A stretch of DNA of 64,000 nt from Dehalococcoidia bacterium. GTDB taxonomy: Bacteria > Chloroflexota > Dehalococcoidia > Bin125. The stretch covers positions 448,001-512,000 of the forward strand of contig CAXXSR010000001.1 of assembly GCA_963662615.2 (NCBI GenBank). Direction: 5' to 3'. The notes below the pieces were generated by a model. That model saw only the letters and a program-made list of their open reading frames with translations. It had not been told where the DNA came from and did not search any database. A program made the position numbers and the translations under genes. Shown here piece after piece: positions 1 through 9,098 of this stretch. Numbering within the stretch: position 1 is the stretch's first letter; the number at the start of each line of letters is the position of its first letter.

Positions 1-303
1 AAGAGCGCCGACGAATGGTCCCGCATTCTCAATGAGGTGGACGTCTGCGCGGCGCCCGTGTTGACTTTGGAGGAGGCGCTCGTCGATCCCCACAACGTGG
101 CGCGACAGATGGTCATTGCCGTGGAAGGCCCCAACGGCGACATGGTGAAACAGGTGGGCATTGCGCCGAAGCTGAGCGAGACGCCCGGCGGCGTGCGGCG
201 GCGGGCGCCCAGGCCCGGCGAGCACACGGACGCGGTGCTCACGTCGCTGGGTTTCGACGCGGCGACGATCAGCGCCTGGCGGGCGGCAGAGATCGTTGCC
301 TAG
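1..303 (+). CDS. CaiB/BaiF family III CoA-transferase, C-terminal part (5' truncated by window edge)
   Basis: C-terminal signature APVLTLEEALVDPH...PKLSETPG...APRPGEHTDAVLTSLG; frame open to window start. Confidence 0.85.
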   Translation, partial: KSADEWSRILNEVDVCAAPVLTLEEALVDPHNVARQMVIAVEGPNGDMVKQVGIAPKLSETPGGVRRRAPRPGEHTDAVLTSLGFDAATISAWRAAEIVA

Positions 304-333
304 CCTCCGCGCTCGCGCGCCCGGCGACGGTGG

Positions 334-930
334 TTAGAGGCCGAACCGCTCCCACAGGAAGATGGGTGGGGCGAACTGGCCGTCGCGGTCGTTGAGCGCG
401 CTTAGCACGATCAGCCAGAGGACGAAGCCGAAGAGGTTGGAGCCGAGCGCCCGCGCCAGCGAGGTGCCCAAGGCGATTTGCGTCGCCAGCGTGGTGGAGA
501 GGAGCAGCAGTCCCACGGAGAGCAGGGTGACGGCATAGCCCAGGCCGGGCAGAAAGATGAAGAAGGAGAAGGTGAAGGGGACGGTGGCGAAGCTGAGCGT
601 GCGGACCGTGGCCGTGAGGGCGGCGCTGTCCTGGCGGCCCACCTGGCCCGCCATGGCGGCGACCAGGCCCGCCCAGACGAAGAACATGCCGGTGGCGACG
701 AGGGCGCCGATCACCACGGAGTCGAGGAAGAAGCCCAGCTTGTCGGGGACGTCCTCCAGCACGGCCCAGAGCAAGCCACCCAAGGCGGAAACGAACATGA
801 CCAGGGCGACGGTCAGCATGGCCGGCACCACCGCGGTGGTGTCGCGGTAGATCTCTTGCAGCACCGCCCCATCAAAGGTGGCGAGGCGCTTCCAGCGGGC
901 GCCGGGGTTCGGTCCAAGCCACTGCCGCAT
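334..930 (-). CDS. YIP1-like multi-pass membrane protein
   Basis: 198 aa, about five hydrophobic helices, VRTLSFATVP motif resembling the Yip1 family. Confidence 0.6.
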   Translation of the reverse strand: MRQWLGPNPGARWKRLATFDGAVLQEIYRDTTAVVPAMLTVALVMFVSALGGLLWAVLEDVPDKLGFFLDSVVIGALVATGMFFVWAGLVAAMAGQVGRQDSAALTATVRTLSFATVPFTFSFFIFLPGLGYAVTLLSVGLLLLSTTLATQIALGTSLARALGSNLFGFVLWLIVLSALNDRDGQFAPPIFLWERFGL

Positions 931-1017
931 GGCCCGCGCTCCTTTTGTCGGGACGGCCGCACATGCGCCGGCCCTGCCACCGTAGCAGCGGCGCTGCTGC
1001 AGGGCCGTTGGGGCAAT

Positions 1018-1077
1018 TCCCTATTCCGGCCGCGTCTTCGCGGCGACTCCCTATTGCGGCCGCGTCTTGGCGGATTG
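1018..1077. repeat. 30-bp imperfect tandem duplication including the rsmG stop codon
   Basis: tccctattccggccgcgtcttcgcggcgac / tccctattgcggccgcgtcttggcggattg; CTA at 1021 and 1051. Confidence 0.8.
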
Positions 1078-1809
1078 CAAGGGCGCGCGACGGATCTGGC
1101 GGACGTTGCGTGGGTAGCGGTCGGGGGAGGGCCGGCGCTTGCGCGAGGTCAGGAGGAGGAGGTCGCGGCCGCTGCCGGGCCAGGAGAGGGGCGTGAACGC
1201 GGGCGGCTCGCCGCCGAGCATGGCGGCGACGGCGGCCGCGTCGGGGAGCACGGCCCGCGCCGCCGGGCCAACGAAGAGCGTCGCCAGACCCGCCGGCGCC
1301 AGCAGCGGCAACAGCAGCTCCAGGGCGACGGGCGGGGGCGCCAGGGCGCGCGCGAGCGCCACGGCGAAGGACTCCCGGGAGGGCGAATGGGCGAACGTCT
1401 CCCCGCGGGCGTGCACGACGCGGACGTTGGTGAGTCCCAGGGCGGCCACCGTTTCCTCCAGGAAGGCGGCCTTGCGGCGTCGGCTCTCGACCAGGGTGAC
1501 GGGGCGCGCCGGCGCGACGATGGCGATGGGGATGCCGGGGGCGCCGCCGCCGCTGCCCACCTCCACGATCGCGCCGGCCGGGGCCTGAGGGGCGAGCAGC
1601 GCCCAGCCCGCCAGCGGCTCCAGAATGTGCCGCGCCATGGCCTCATCCGGCTCCGTAATGCGCGTCAGGTTGAGACGGTCGTCGGCTCCCCACAGCGCTT
1701 CCAGAAACCCCGCCAGGCGGGTGAGGGCCGGCTCCTCAGCGGACAGCTCCGCGCCAACCAGCGCGGCCGCGAGCATTCGCGGGAGGTCGGCGGATGGGGC
1801 CACGGCCAT
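1051..1809 (-). CDS. rsmG: 16S rRNA (guanine-527-N7) methyltransferase RsmG/GidB
   Basis: NLTRI, RHILE, EVGSGGGAPGIPIA, ESRRRKAAFL, ARAL, C-terminal YPR motifs. Confidence 0.92.
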   Translation of the reverse strand: MAVAPSADLPRMLAAALVGAELSAEEPALTRLAGFLEALWGADDRLNLTRITEPDEAMARHILEPLAGWALLAPQAPAGAIVEVGSGGGAPGIPIAIVAPARPVTLVESRRRKAAFLEETVAALGLTNVRVVHARGETFAHSPSRESFAVALARALAPPPVALELLLPLLAPAGLATLFVGPAARAVLPDAAAVAAMLGGEPPAFTPLSWPGSGRDLLLLTSRKRRPSPDRYPRNVRQIRRAPLQSAKTRPQ

Positions 1810-1928
1810 GGCAGATCCCCTTGGCTGGGCGGGCGTGTATTCTGCGAGTCGGGTCGCTGTCGCCGGGCGGATTGTACGGGCGCCCCCGCGAAACCTACGA
1901 TAGAGGGACTGGTGGAGAGAGGGTGACG

Positions 1929-2756
1929 ATGGCCGACGCCGACGTCGAGGCTCCAGCGCTGACGCTGGAGCGGGCCGCAGCGGAATACTTTGACGCCGCC
2001 GCCAAGAAACTGGAGCAGCGCCAGCGCGTGGCCGTCACGCGGTTCGTCTCTTGGTCCGGCCCCTCGCGGGCGATCGGCGCAATTACGGCGCACGAGATCA
2101 GCCAGTTCCAAGAGGGACAGGGGCAGCACGTCGCCGATCTCTCCGAGCGGCTGGTGCCGCTGAAGGCGTTCTTCACGTACGCGCGACGGCGCGGCTGGAC
2201 GGCGACGAACCTGGGTGTCCATCTGCGTGTGAAACGGCCGCAGCGCCGGCTCGGCGCCGCCGGCGCGCAGGAGGAGCCGGAGCCGAGGGAAACGATTGAG
2301 ATGACACCGGAGGGGCTGAAGGCAGCGACGGGGGAGCTGGAGCGACTGAAGGGGGAGCGGCCGGGGATGGCGGCACAGTTGGAGGCGGCGATGGCGGATA
2401 AGGACTTCCGCGAGAACGCGCCGCTGGAGGCCGCCCGCGACGCCCAAGGCCACTTGGAGGCGCGCATACGCGAATTGGAGCACCAGCTCGGGCACGCGGT
2501 GGCGGTGAAGCGGGACGAGGCCTCACGGGGCGGGCAGGCGCACCTCGGCAGCGCCGTCAAGGTCACCAATCTTGTCTCCAGTCGGACCGTTCAGTACACT
2601 CTCGTCGGCCAAAACGAAGTGGATACGGCGGCCGGACGGATTTCGGTCGTGAGTCCAGTGGGTCAAGCGCTGGTCGGCCGCAGTGCGGGTGACGTTGTGG
2701 CTGTGGAAGCGCCCTCTGGAACCATCCGCTTCCGCGTTGAAACGGTTGAGGGGTAG
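1929..2756 (+). CDS. greA: Transcription elongation factor GreA with an extra ~105-aa N-terminal helical domain
   Basis: MTPEG...EL..L, DFRENAPLEAA, ISVVSPVGQALVG; ATG 1929 preceded by GGAGAGAGGG. Confidence 0.88.
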   Translation: MADADVEAPALTLERAAAEYFDAAAKKLEQRQRVAVTRFVSWSGPSRAIGAITAHEISQFQEGQGQHVADLSERLVPLKAFFTYARRRGWTATNLGVHLRVKRPQRRLGAAGAQEEPEPRETIEMTPEGLKAATGELERLKGERPGMAAQLEAAMADKDFRENAPLEAARDAQGHLEARIRELEHQLGHAVAVKRDEASRGGQAHLGSAVKVTNLVSSRTVQYTLVGQNEVDTAAGRISVVSPVGQALVGRSAGDVVAVEAPSGTIRFRVETVEG

Positions 2757-2830
2757 GATCGCCCGTCCGCGGACGCGCGAGTGGCGCGGGACAGCGTCGC
2801 CCGGCATACGGTCTGGAAGGGGCGCTCGCC

Positions 2831-4006
2831 ATCAGCAGCGACCTGCCCGACATTGCCTTTGAGGTCACGGGAGCGCATCTGGACAGCGGGCTGCGCGGCG
2901 TCCCCGTGGGGACGTGCTGGACCAGCTACGTCGATCCCGAACTCGGCGTCAGCTACGCCGGGTACAACATCGCCGAGCTGGCCTACATGGCGCCGGAGTC
3001 GGTCATCTACTTGCTCTTTCATAAGCGCCTGCCCACGAAGGCCGAGGCCGCGGCGTTTGACACCGACCTGGCAGCACGGTCGCAAGTGGACCCGCAGGTG
3101 TTCGCCATGCTGCAGTCGCTGCCGCGCCAGGGGCATCCCATGGAATGGTTCTGCACGGCCATCCAGCTGCTGGGGATGGAGGGCAAGAGCGGGGACTACC
3201 AAGAAGACGGGATGAATCTGGTGGCGCGGATCCCCGCCGTGCTGGCGGCGCTGTTCCGCATCCGCGAGGGCTGGGGGGCCCCGATCCCGTCGGAGCCGGA
3301 TCGCGGCTATGTGGAGAACTTCGTCCACATGCTCGGCCTCCCCGGCGCCGCCGACGCGGCGCTGACGAAGCTGCTGCGCATCTACTACGTGCTGCACATG
3401 GACCACGGCGGCGGCAATCTCTCCACCTTCACCGGCAAGGCGGTGGCGTCCGGGCTGGCCGACATGTACCAGTCCATGGCGTCCGCCATGAACGGCCTGG
3501 CCGGCCCCCGGCACGGGCTGGCCACCCAGGACTGCTTCGCGATGGTGCGGGAGATCGACAGCGAAGACGAGGTGGAGGTGGAACGGCGGCTGGCCGATCG
3601 GCTCGCCCGCGGCGAATTGCTCTACGGTTTCGGTCACGCCGTCTTGCGACGGGAGGACCCGCGAGCGAAGGTGCTGTTCGACGTGGGCGACGAGATCTGC
3701 CCCGCCGACCACAACTTCCGCGTGCTGAAGGCGATGCGGGTAGCGGGCGTCAAAGTGCTCAAAGGGAACGCGAGGGTCACGGATCCATACCCCAACGTGG
3801 ACCTGGCCTCCGGCACCCTCCTGCACGCGGTGGGCTTCACCGATCCCGCCTACTACACGACCCTCTTCGGTTGGTCCCGCACGGCGGGCATCGCCGCCCA
3901 GATCGTGGACGAGCGGCTGCACTTCCGGAAGGGAAAGGGCGTGCCCATTTACCGGCCGCGCTATATCCCGGTCAACCAGCCGCGCCGCTCCCTCAGCAAG
4001 CAGTAG
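2831..4006 (+). CDS. gltA: Citrate synthase (probable non-canonical ATC start; first canonical start is GTG 2906)
   Basis: DHGGGNLSTF, GPRHGLA, YGFGHAVLR..DPR, YPNVD, WSRTAG; homologous-looking LDSGLRGVP continues upstream of 2906 in frame. Confidence 0.85.
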   Translation: MSSDLPDIAFEVTGAHLDSGLRGVPVGTCWTSYVDPELGVSYAGYNIAELAYMAPESVIYLLFHKRLPTKAEAAAFDTDLAARSQVDPQVFAMLQSLPRQGHPMEWFCTAIQLLGMEGKSGDYQEDGMNLVARIPAVLAALFRIREGWGAPIPSEPDRGYVENFVHMLGLPGAADAALTKLLRIYYVLHMDHGGGNLSTFTGKAVASGLADMYQSMASAMNGLAGPRHGLATQDCFAMVREIDSEDEVEVERRLADRLARGELLYGFGHAVLRREDPRAKVLFDVGDEICPADHNFRVLKAMRVAGVKVLKGNARVTDPYPNVDLASGTLLHAVGFTDPAYYTTLFGWSRTAGIAAQIVDERLHFRKGKGVPIYRPRYIPVNQPRRSLSKQ

Positions 4007-4191
4007 AGCCCGCCTGGCTGTGCGCCGTCGGCCGAGGGGCGCGACCACCTGAACGCGCCCCAGACGGTCCGCTTGTGCGTAAGAGAGCGTCCGCCAGACT
4101 GGGAAGCGGCCGGATCAGGGGCGTGATTCGCGCGCGCGTCGCCGACGAGCGACGCGCGCGAACATCGTGCGGCAAGGGGCGGACGAAGCCG

Positions 4192-5229
4192 ATGCCAACG
4201 GTCGATGCGGCGCGGACAAAGCGGGCCGACGTCGTGCGGCGGGTCGCGGAAGCGCGGTTTCAGTATCCCTCGGAGGAGCAGCCGGCCTGGCGGGCCACAG
4301 TCAACTTCCCCGACCGTCAGTTGGGCATTCAGATTCGCGACGGGGGTTGGATCTACCCGGACGTCGCGGTGACCGAGGAGCCCGGACACTTCATCCAGAT
4401 GCTGGGCGTGGTGACGCTGCGGCACGAGGTCACGGAAGCGGAGGCGGTGGGTCGCTGGCTGCCGCTGGCCAAGGCGGGGGCGCTCTATCTGTTCGTGCCC
4501 GCTGGGCAGGCCGGGCGGGCCAATCGACTCTGCCAGCAACACAGCATCAAATTGGCCGGCATCCGCACGTGGAGGCACACCACGACGTTCGGCTTGGAGA
4601 TCGTGGAAGCCTACTCGGGACCGGATCTGTTCGGCATGATCGCCGCGCTCCTGCCCGAACCGCTGCGGCCGCGGGCCTACCGAGTCCAACGCGTCCGCAT
4701 TGAAGAGCGCTACGGCGCGCCCGCACCGGCGCAGCGGGAAGCCGCCGCCGTGGCGGCGCCGGCTGCGCCGGCGGCCCTGTCGGCGGGGGCGGAATCCGTT
4801 GCGGGCCCCGCGCCGCATGCGCCCGCGGGCATACACCTGCCGCCGCCCAGCGTCTTCCCCTTCGTGATTGCCGCGGGCGCGGTCTTGACGGCCTTCGGAT
4901 TCGTCTTTCCCAGGGAGCTGTTAGGCGCCGGTGTGGCGACCTTGGTGGTCGGCGTGGGCGGTTGGCTGTGGGAGGACGTCGCCTACTTCGGGGGCGCGGC
5001 CCATGCGGAGGGGCTTGCGTCTCATCAGGAAGGCGGGGCGGTCCATCTGCCCCCGCCCAGCCTGAGCCCCTTCGTCATCGCCTTGGGGGCGGTGCTGACG
5101 GCGCTCGGCTTCGTCTTCCCGGCGGAGCTGTTGGGGGCGGGGATCACCTTGATCGTGATGGGAGTGTTCGGCTGGATCGCCGAGGACGTGCGCGATTTCG
5201 CGAAGAGCGGGCAGGGGGGCCATGGCTGA
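4192..5229 (+). CDS. Membrane protein: N-terminal PD-(D/E)XK-like soluble domain fused to two tandem cytochrome c oxidase subunit-IV-like helical hairpins
   Basis: ATG 4192; IYPDVAV...LYLFVP domain; two copies of HLPPPS.(F/S)PFVIA.GAVLTA.GFVFP.ELLGAG...GW..EDV at 4834 and 5044; overlaps start of coxB. Confidence 0.7.
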   Translation: MPTVDAARTKRADVVRRVAEARFQYPSEEQPAWRATVNFPDRQLGIQIRDGGWIYPDVAVTEEPGHFIQMLGVVTLRHEVTEAEAVGRWLPLAKAGALYLFVPAGQAGRANRLCQQHSIKLAGIRTWRHTTTFGLEIVEAYSGPDLFGMIAALLPEPLRPRAYRVQRVRIEERYGAPAPAQREAAAVAAPAAPAALSAGAESVAGPAPHAPAGIHLPPPSVFPFVIAAGAVLTAFGFVFPRELLGAGVATLVVGVGGWLWEDVAYFGGAAHAEGLASHQEGGAVHLPPPSLSPFVIALGAVLTALGFVFPAELLGAGITLIVMGVFGWIAEDVRDFAKSGQGGHG

Positions 5230-6619
5230 GCGCCCACGCTCGGGAGCGGGACGGAGCAGCATGCCGGAGGGACGAGGGAGGCGGATGCCGCCCCTGGCGC
5301 TCCCCTGGGCCTCTCGCTGGTTCCACCTCAGCCTGGCGCTCTCCCTGGCTGCGACCCTCTTCCTGCTGTGGGCCGGGGTGGCGGCGGCGCAGGCGTTTCC
5401 GCCCGAGGCGACGAGCGAGCAGGGCGAAGACATCCGCGAGCTTTACCTCGTGGTCTTCGGCGTCGCGGCGGCGATCTTCATCCTCGTGGAGGCGGCGATC
5501 CTCTACCTGGTCATCCGCTACCGGCGCCGGAACGATGAGCTGCCGCCGCAGATTCACGGCAACCGCGTGGCGGAGATCCTCTGGACGGCCGTGCCCACGG
5601 TCATCGTCGTGGTGCTCTTCGCGCTCTCGTACGTGGTCTTGGAGGACGTGGAATCGGCGCCGGACGCCGACGAGCCGGTGGAAGTGATCGACGTGCTGGG
5701 GCAGCAGTGGAGCTGGGCCTTCAACTACTCCGCTCCCCTTAATGCCACGACCGCGGCGCCGTTGAGCCGGGACCCCGCCGAGACGACGCTGCAAGTCTCG
5801 GACGGCGGGGCGTTCCGCCCCTTCATGACGGTCCGCATTGATGTGGAGCACCTGCGGGTGCAGGAGATCAACGGCGACACGCTGACCGTAGAGCGGCGCG
5901 TCGACGGGACGGTGGCGCAGGAGCACAAGGCGCGCGCGCCGATCGATCGGATCTTTCAGGTCAGCGACACCGTGGAGGAGCGGCGGCTGGAGGGGGCCGA
6001 TCGCACGCCCGTGGTGACGGTGCCGGTGGGCCGGACGGTGCGCTTCAACCTGGCCAGCCAAGACGTTATCCACTCCTTCTACATCCCCCAGTTTCTCTAC
6101 AAGCTGGACGCGATGCCGGGCCGGGTGCAGTCGTTGTGGGTGAAGGTGACGGAGCCGGGCTTCTACCAAGGCCAGTGCGCCGAGTTCTGCGGCCTCAATC
6201 ACGCCCGCATGATCTTCGCGGTGGAGGCGCTGGCGCTGGCGGAGTACGAAGAGTGGCTGCGAAGTAAGACGCCCGAGCTGGGCGCGGCGGCGGCCCAGCC
6301 GGCGGCCGCGCCCGGGGAGGAGCCCGCTGCGGCGGCGGCGGCGGGGGGCGACCCCGCCCGCGGCCAGCAGCTTTTCTTCGCCAACGGATGCAACGTCTGC
6401 CACGGCGACATCGGCCAGGGAGCGATTGGGCCGACGATCGCGCAGACGGGGCTGAGCCTGGACGAGGTGATTACTCAGTACCGTGACCCGGTGGGGACGA
6501 CGATGCTGCCCTTCTCGGAGGGCGCGGTCCCGGACGAGGACGTGGCCGACATCTACGCCTGGTTACAGACGTTGGACCTGCCCGAGGAGATCGTCCCGGG
6601 GCGGGGAACGTCGCCCTAG
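5222..6619 (+). CDS. ctaC: Cytochrome c oxidase subunit II (caa3 type, C-terminal cytochrome c), with internal insertion
   Basis: QIHGN..EILWT, QWSWAFNY, DVIHSF, CuA motif CAEFCGLNHARM, heme c CNVCH with downstream Met; true start may be 5261 or 5285. Confidence 0.93.
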   Translation: MAERPRSGAGRSSMPEGRGRRMPPLALPWASRWFHLSLALSLAATLFLLWAGVAAAQAFPPEATSEQGEDIRELYLVVFGVAAAIFILVEAAILYLVIRYRRRNDELPPQIHGNRVAEILWTAVPTVIVVVLFALSYVVLEDVESAPDADEPVEVIDVLGQQWSWAFNYSAPLNATTAAPLSRDPAETTLQVSDGGAFRPFMTVRIDVEHLRVQEINGDTLTVERRVDGTVAQEHKARAPIDRIFQVSDTVEERRLEGADRTPVVTVPVGRTVRFNLASQDVIHSFYIPQFLYKLDAMPGRVQSLWVKVTEPGFYQGQCAEFCGLNHARMIFAVEALALAEYEEWLRSKTPELGAAAAQPAAAPGEEPAAAAAAGGDPARGQQLFFANGCNVCHGDIGQGAIGPTIAQTGLSLDEVITQYRDPVGTTMLPFSEGAVPDEDVADIYAWLQTLDLPEEIVPGRGTSP

Positions 6620-6672
6620 GGGTTGGGTAAGGTGAGGGACGCAGTTAACCGCGATCGGCGGGAGCGTAGCGA

Positions 6673-8376
6673 ATGGCGACGGTAGCGGACGCGGTACCTC
6701 GGGGATACGGCGGCGCGGCGCCGTGGGCTGCCGTGATGTCCTGGGTCACGACGGTCGATCACAAGAAGATCGGCATCCTCTATGTGATCACGGCCGGCGT
6801 CTTCGGCGTTGTGGGGGCGGCGTTCTCGCTGGTGGTGCGGACCGAGCTGGCCAATCGCGGCGCCGTCCTGGACGCGGACACCTACAACCAGATGTTCACG
6901 ATGCACGCCAGCATCATGATCTTCCTGTTCATCATCCCCGCCTTTGTCGGCTTCATGAACTACGTGGTGCCGCTGCAGCTGGGGGCGCGCGACATGGCGT
7001 TCCCGCGCGTGAACGCCCTCTCCTATTGGATGTTCCTCTTTGGCGGCGTGCTCATTCTGAGCAGCTTCGCGTTCGGCGGCAGCGCTTCGGCGGGCTGGAC
7101 CATCTACGCGCCGTTGACGGGCAACACGGGCGCCAACCGGGACGTCGTGGGCGCGGGCATGGATCTGTGGCTGGTGGGAGTGATCATTTTGGGGGCCGCT
7201 TCCACCGCCGGCGGCATTAATTTCATGGTCACGATCTTCAAGATGCGGGCGCCGGGCATGACGATGTTCCGCATGCCGCTGCTCGGCTGGACCACCTTGG
7301 TGACGGCGTTCCTGACGGTGCTGGCGACGCCGGTGCTGGCGGCGGCCCTGATCATGCTGTTCGTGGACCGCAACGGCGGCGGAGGCGTCTTCTTCGACCC
7401 GGCCAGCGGCGGCCAGGCGCTGCTGTGGCAGAACGTCTTCTGGTTCTACTCCCACCCGGCGGTCTACATCATGATCCTGCCGGCGATGGGCATCATCTCG
7501 GAGATCATCCCAGTCTTCAGCCGCAAGCCGCTGTTCGGCTATCGGTCCATGGTGCTGGCGCTCGTGGCGATCGGCCTGCTCTCGTTCGTGGTCTGGTCGC
7601 ACCATATGTTCGCCACCGGCGGGGTCTTCCTGCCCTTCTTCATGGCCTCCACGTTCCTCATCGCCGTGCCCACCGGGGTGAAGATGTTCAACTGGATGGC
7701 CACCATGTACCGCGGCTCCATCCAGCTCACCACGGCGATGCTGTTTTCCGTTGGCTTCCTCCTGCTCTTCCTGATCGGGGGGCTGACGGGCATGTTCAGC
7801 GCCGCGGTGCCGGTGGACTTCGCGCTCCACGACACCTACTTCGTGGTGGGCCACCTGCACTACGTCCTGGCCACGGGCTCGGCCTTCGGCATCTTCGCGG
7901 CCAGCTACTACTGGTTCCCCAAGATGTTCGGCCGCTTCATGAACGAGGGCTTGGGCAAGGTCCACTTCTGGTTGATGTTTGTGGGCACGAACATGATCTA
8001 CTGGCCGCAGTTGATGCTGGGGCTGGACGGCATGCCGCGCCGGATCAACGACTACGCGGGCAACGGCGGCTGGGAGCTGATGAACCTGATCGCGTCGGTG
8101 GGGGCGTTCATCGCCATCAGCGGGGTGATGATCTTCCTCTACAACGTGGTCCACTCCATGTTCTGGGGCGAGCGTGCGGGCGACGATCCCTGGGAAGCGA
8201 ACACGCTGGAATGGGCCACCAGCTCGCCGCCGCCGCCGCACAACTTCGATGAGGTGCCGACGGTGCGCTCGGAACGGCCGCTGTTCGACCAGCGGCGGGA
8301 TGCGCTGGCCGCACTCGCCGCGGGAGCGGGCGCCGGCGCCAGCGAGCCGCAGCCCGACGCGCAGAGGGAAGGGTAG
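6673..8376 (+). CDS. ctaD: Cytochrome c oxidase subunit I, type A2
   Basis: TVDHKKIG, TMHA, DMAFPRVN, WFYSHPAVY (A2 YS motif), WSHHMF, HDTYFVVGHLHY, MPRR. Confidence 0.97.
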   Translation: MATVADAVPRGYGGAAPWAAVMSWVTTVDHKKIGILYVITAGVFGVVGAAFSLVVRTELANRGAVLDADTYNQMFTMHASIMIFLFIIPAFVGFMNYVVPLQLGARDMAFPRVNALSYWMFLFGGVLILSSFAFGGSASAGWTIYAPLTGNTGANRDVVGAGMDLWLVGVIILGAASTAGGINFMVTIFKMRAPGMTMFRMPLLGWTTLVTAFLTVLATPVLAAALIMLFVDRNGGGGVFFDPASGGQALLWQNVFWFYSHPAVYIMILPAMGIISEIIPVFSRKPLFGYRSMVLALVAIGLLSFVVWSHHMFATGGVFLPFFMASTFLIAVPTGVKMFNWMATMYRGSIQLTTAMLFSVGFLLLFLIGGLTGMFSAAVPVDFALHDTYFVVGHLHYVLATGSAFGIFAASYYWFPKMFGRFMNEGLGKVHFWLMFVGTNMIYWPQLMLGLDGMPRRINDYAGNGGWELMNLIASVGAFIAISGVMIFLYNVVHSMFWGERAGDDPWEANTLEWATSSPPPPHNFDEVPTVRSERPLFDQRRDALAALAAGAGAGASEPQPDAQREG

Positions 8377-8384
8377 GCGTCCGC

Positions 8385-9011
8385 GTGGCCACGAGGGTTC
8401 GTACGGCCCGGCGCATCAACCCCATCAAGGAGTTCTTCATGGGCCAGGAGCCCATGACCAACGGCCTTTGGGGCGTCGTCTTCTTCATCCTCTCCGAGAT
8501 CATGTTCTTCTCCGGCCTGATTGCGGCCTCCTTGGCGCTGCGGGAGGACACGCTGGTCTGGGCGCCGCTGTTCGACGGCGTCGCCAACCCGGAGGCGGTG
8601 CTGGAGGCCGAGTTCCAGACGGTCTTCTTCGCCTTCGTCCTGGTGGGGAGCAGCCTGCCCATGCAGTACGCGGCCTTCGCGATCCGCAAGGGTAACCGGC
8701 GCGGCATGCAGTGGGGGATGGCCATCACGCTGGTGATGGGCATCGCCTTTTTGATCAGTCAAGGGCTGGAGTGGGAGGCGGCGGAGTTTGGCATCGGCAA
8801 CGGCGCCTACGGGGCCACCTTCTTCCTCCTGACGGGCTTCCACGGCGCCCACGTATTGGGCGGGCTCCTCTTTATCCTGGTGCTCTTTTTGCGTTCGCAG
8901 GTGGGGCAGTTCGACGCGCGGCGCAATACGGCGGTGGAAGCCGCCACCATATACTGGCATTTCGTGGACGTGGTCTGGATCCTGCTCTTCTCGCTCCTCT
9001 TCCTCGCCTAG
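8385..9011 (+). CDS. ctaE: Cytochrome c oxidase subunit III
   Basis: FILSEIMFF, TGFHGAHV, YWHFVDVVW. Confidence 0.95.
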   Translation: MATRVRTARRINPIKEFFMGQEPMTNGLWGVVFFILSEIMFFSGLIAASLALREDTLVWAPLFDGVANPEAVLEAEFQTVFFAFVLVGSSLPMQYAAFAIRKGNRRGMQWGMAITLVMGIAFLISQGLEWEAAEFGIGNGAYGATFFLLTGFHGAHVLGGLLFILVLFLRSQVGQFDARRNTAVEAATIYWHFVDVVWILLFSLLFLA

Positions 9012-9098
9012 CGCGAGTGGGAGGGGGCGGCCCCCGCTTCGCGATCCGGACGCCGGCCAGCGCCCTATGGCGGCAGCGATGAGGAGAACGGCGGAGGC

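Noticed and set aside
2781-3215. Frameshifted N-terminus of citrate synthase
   Set aside because: The homologous-looking N-terminus is in the same frame as the main ORF; no shift is needed.
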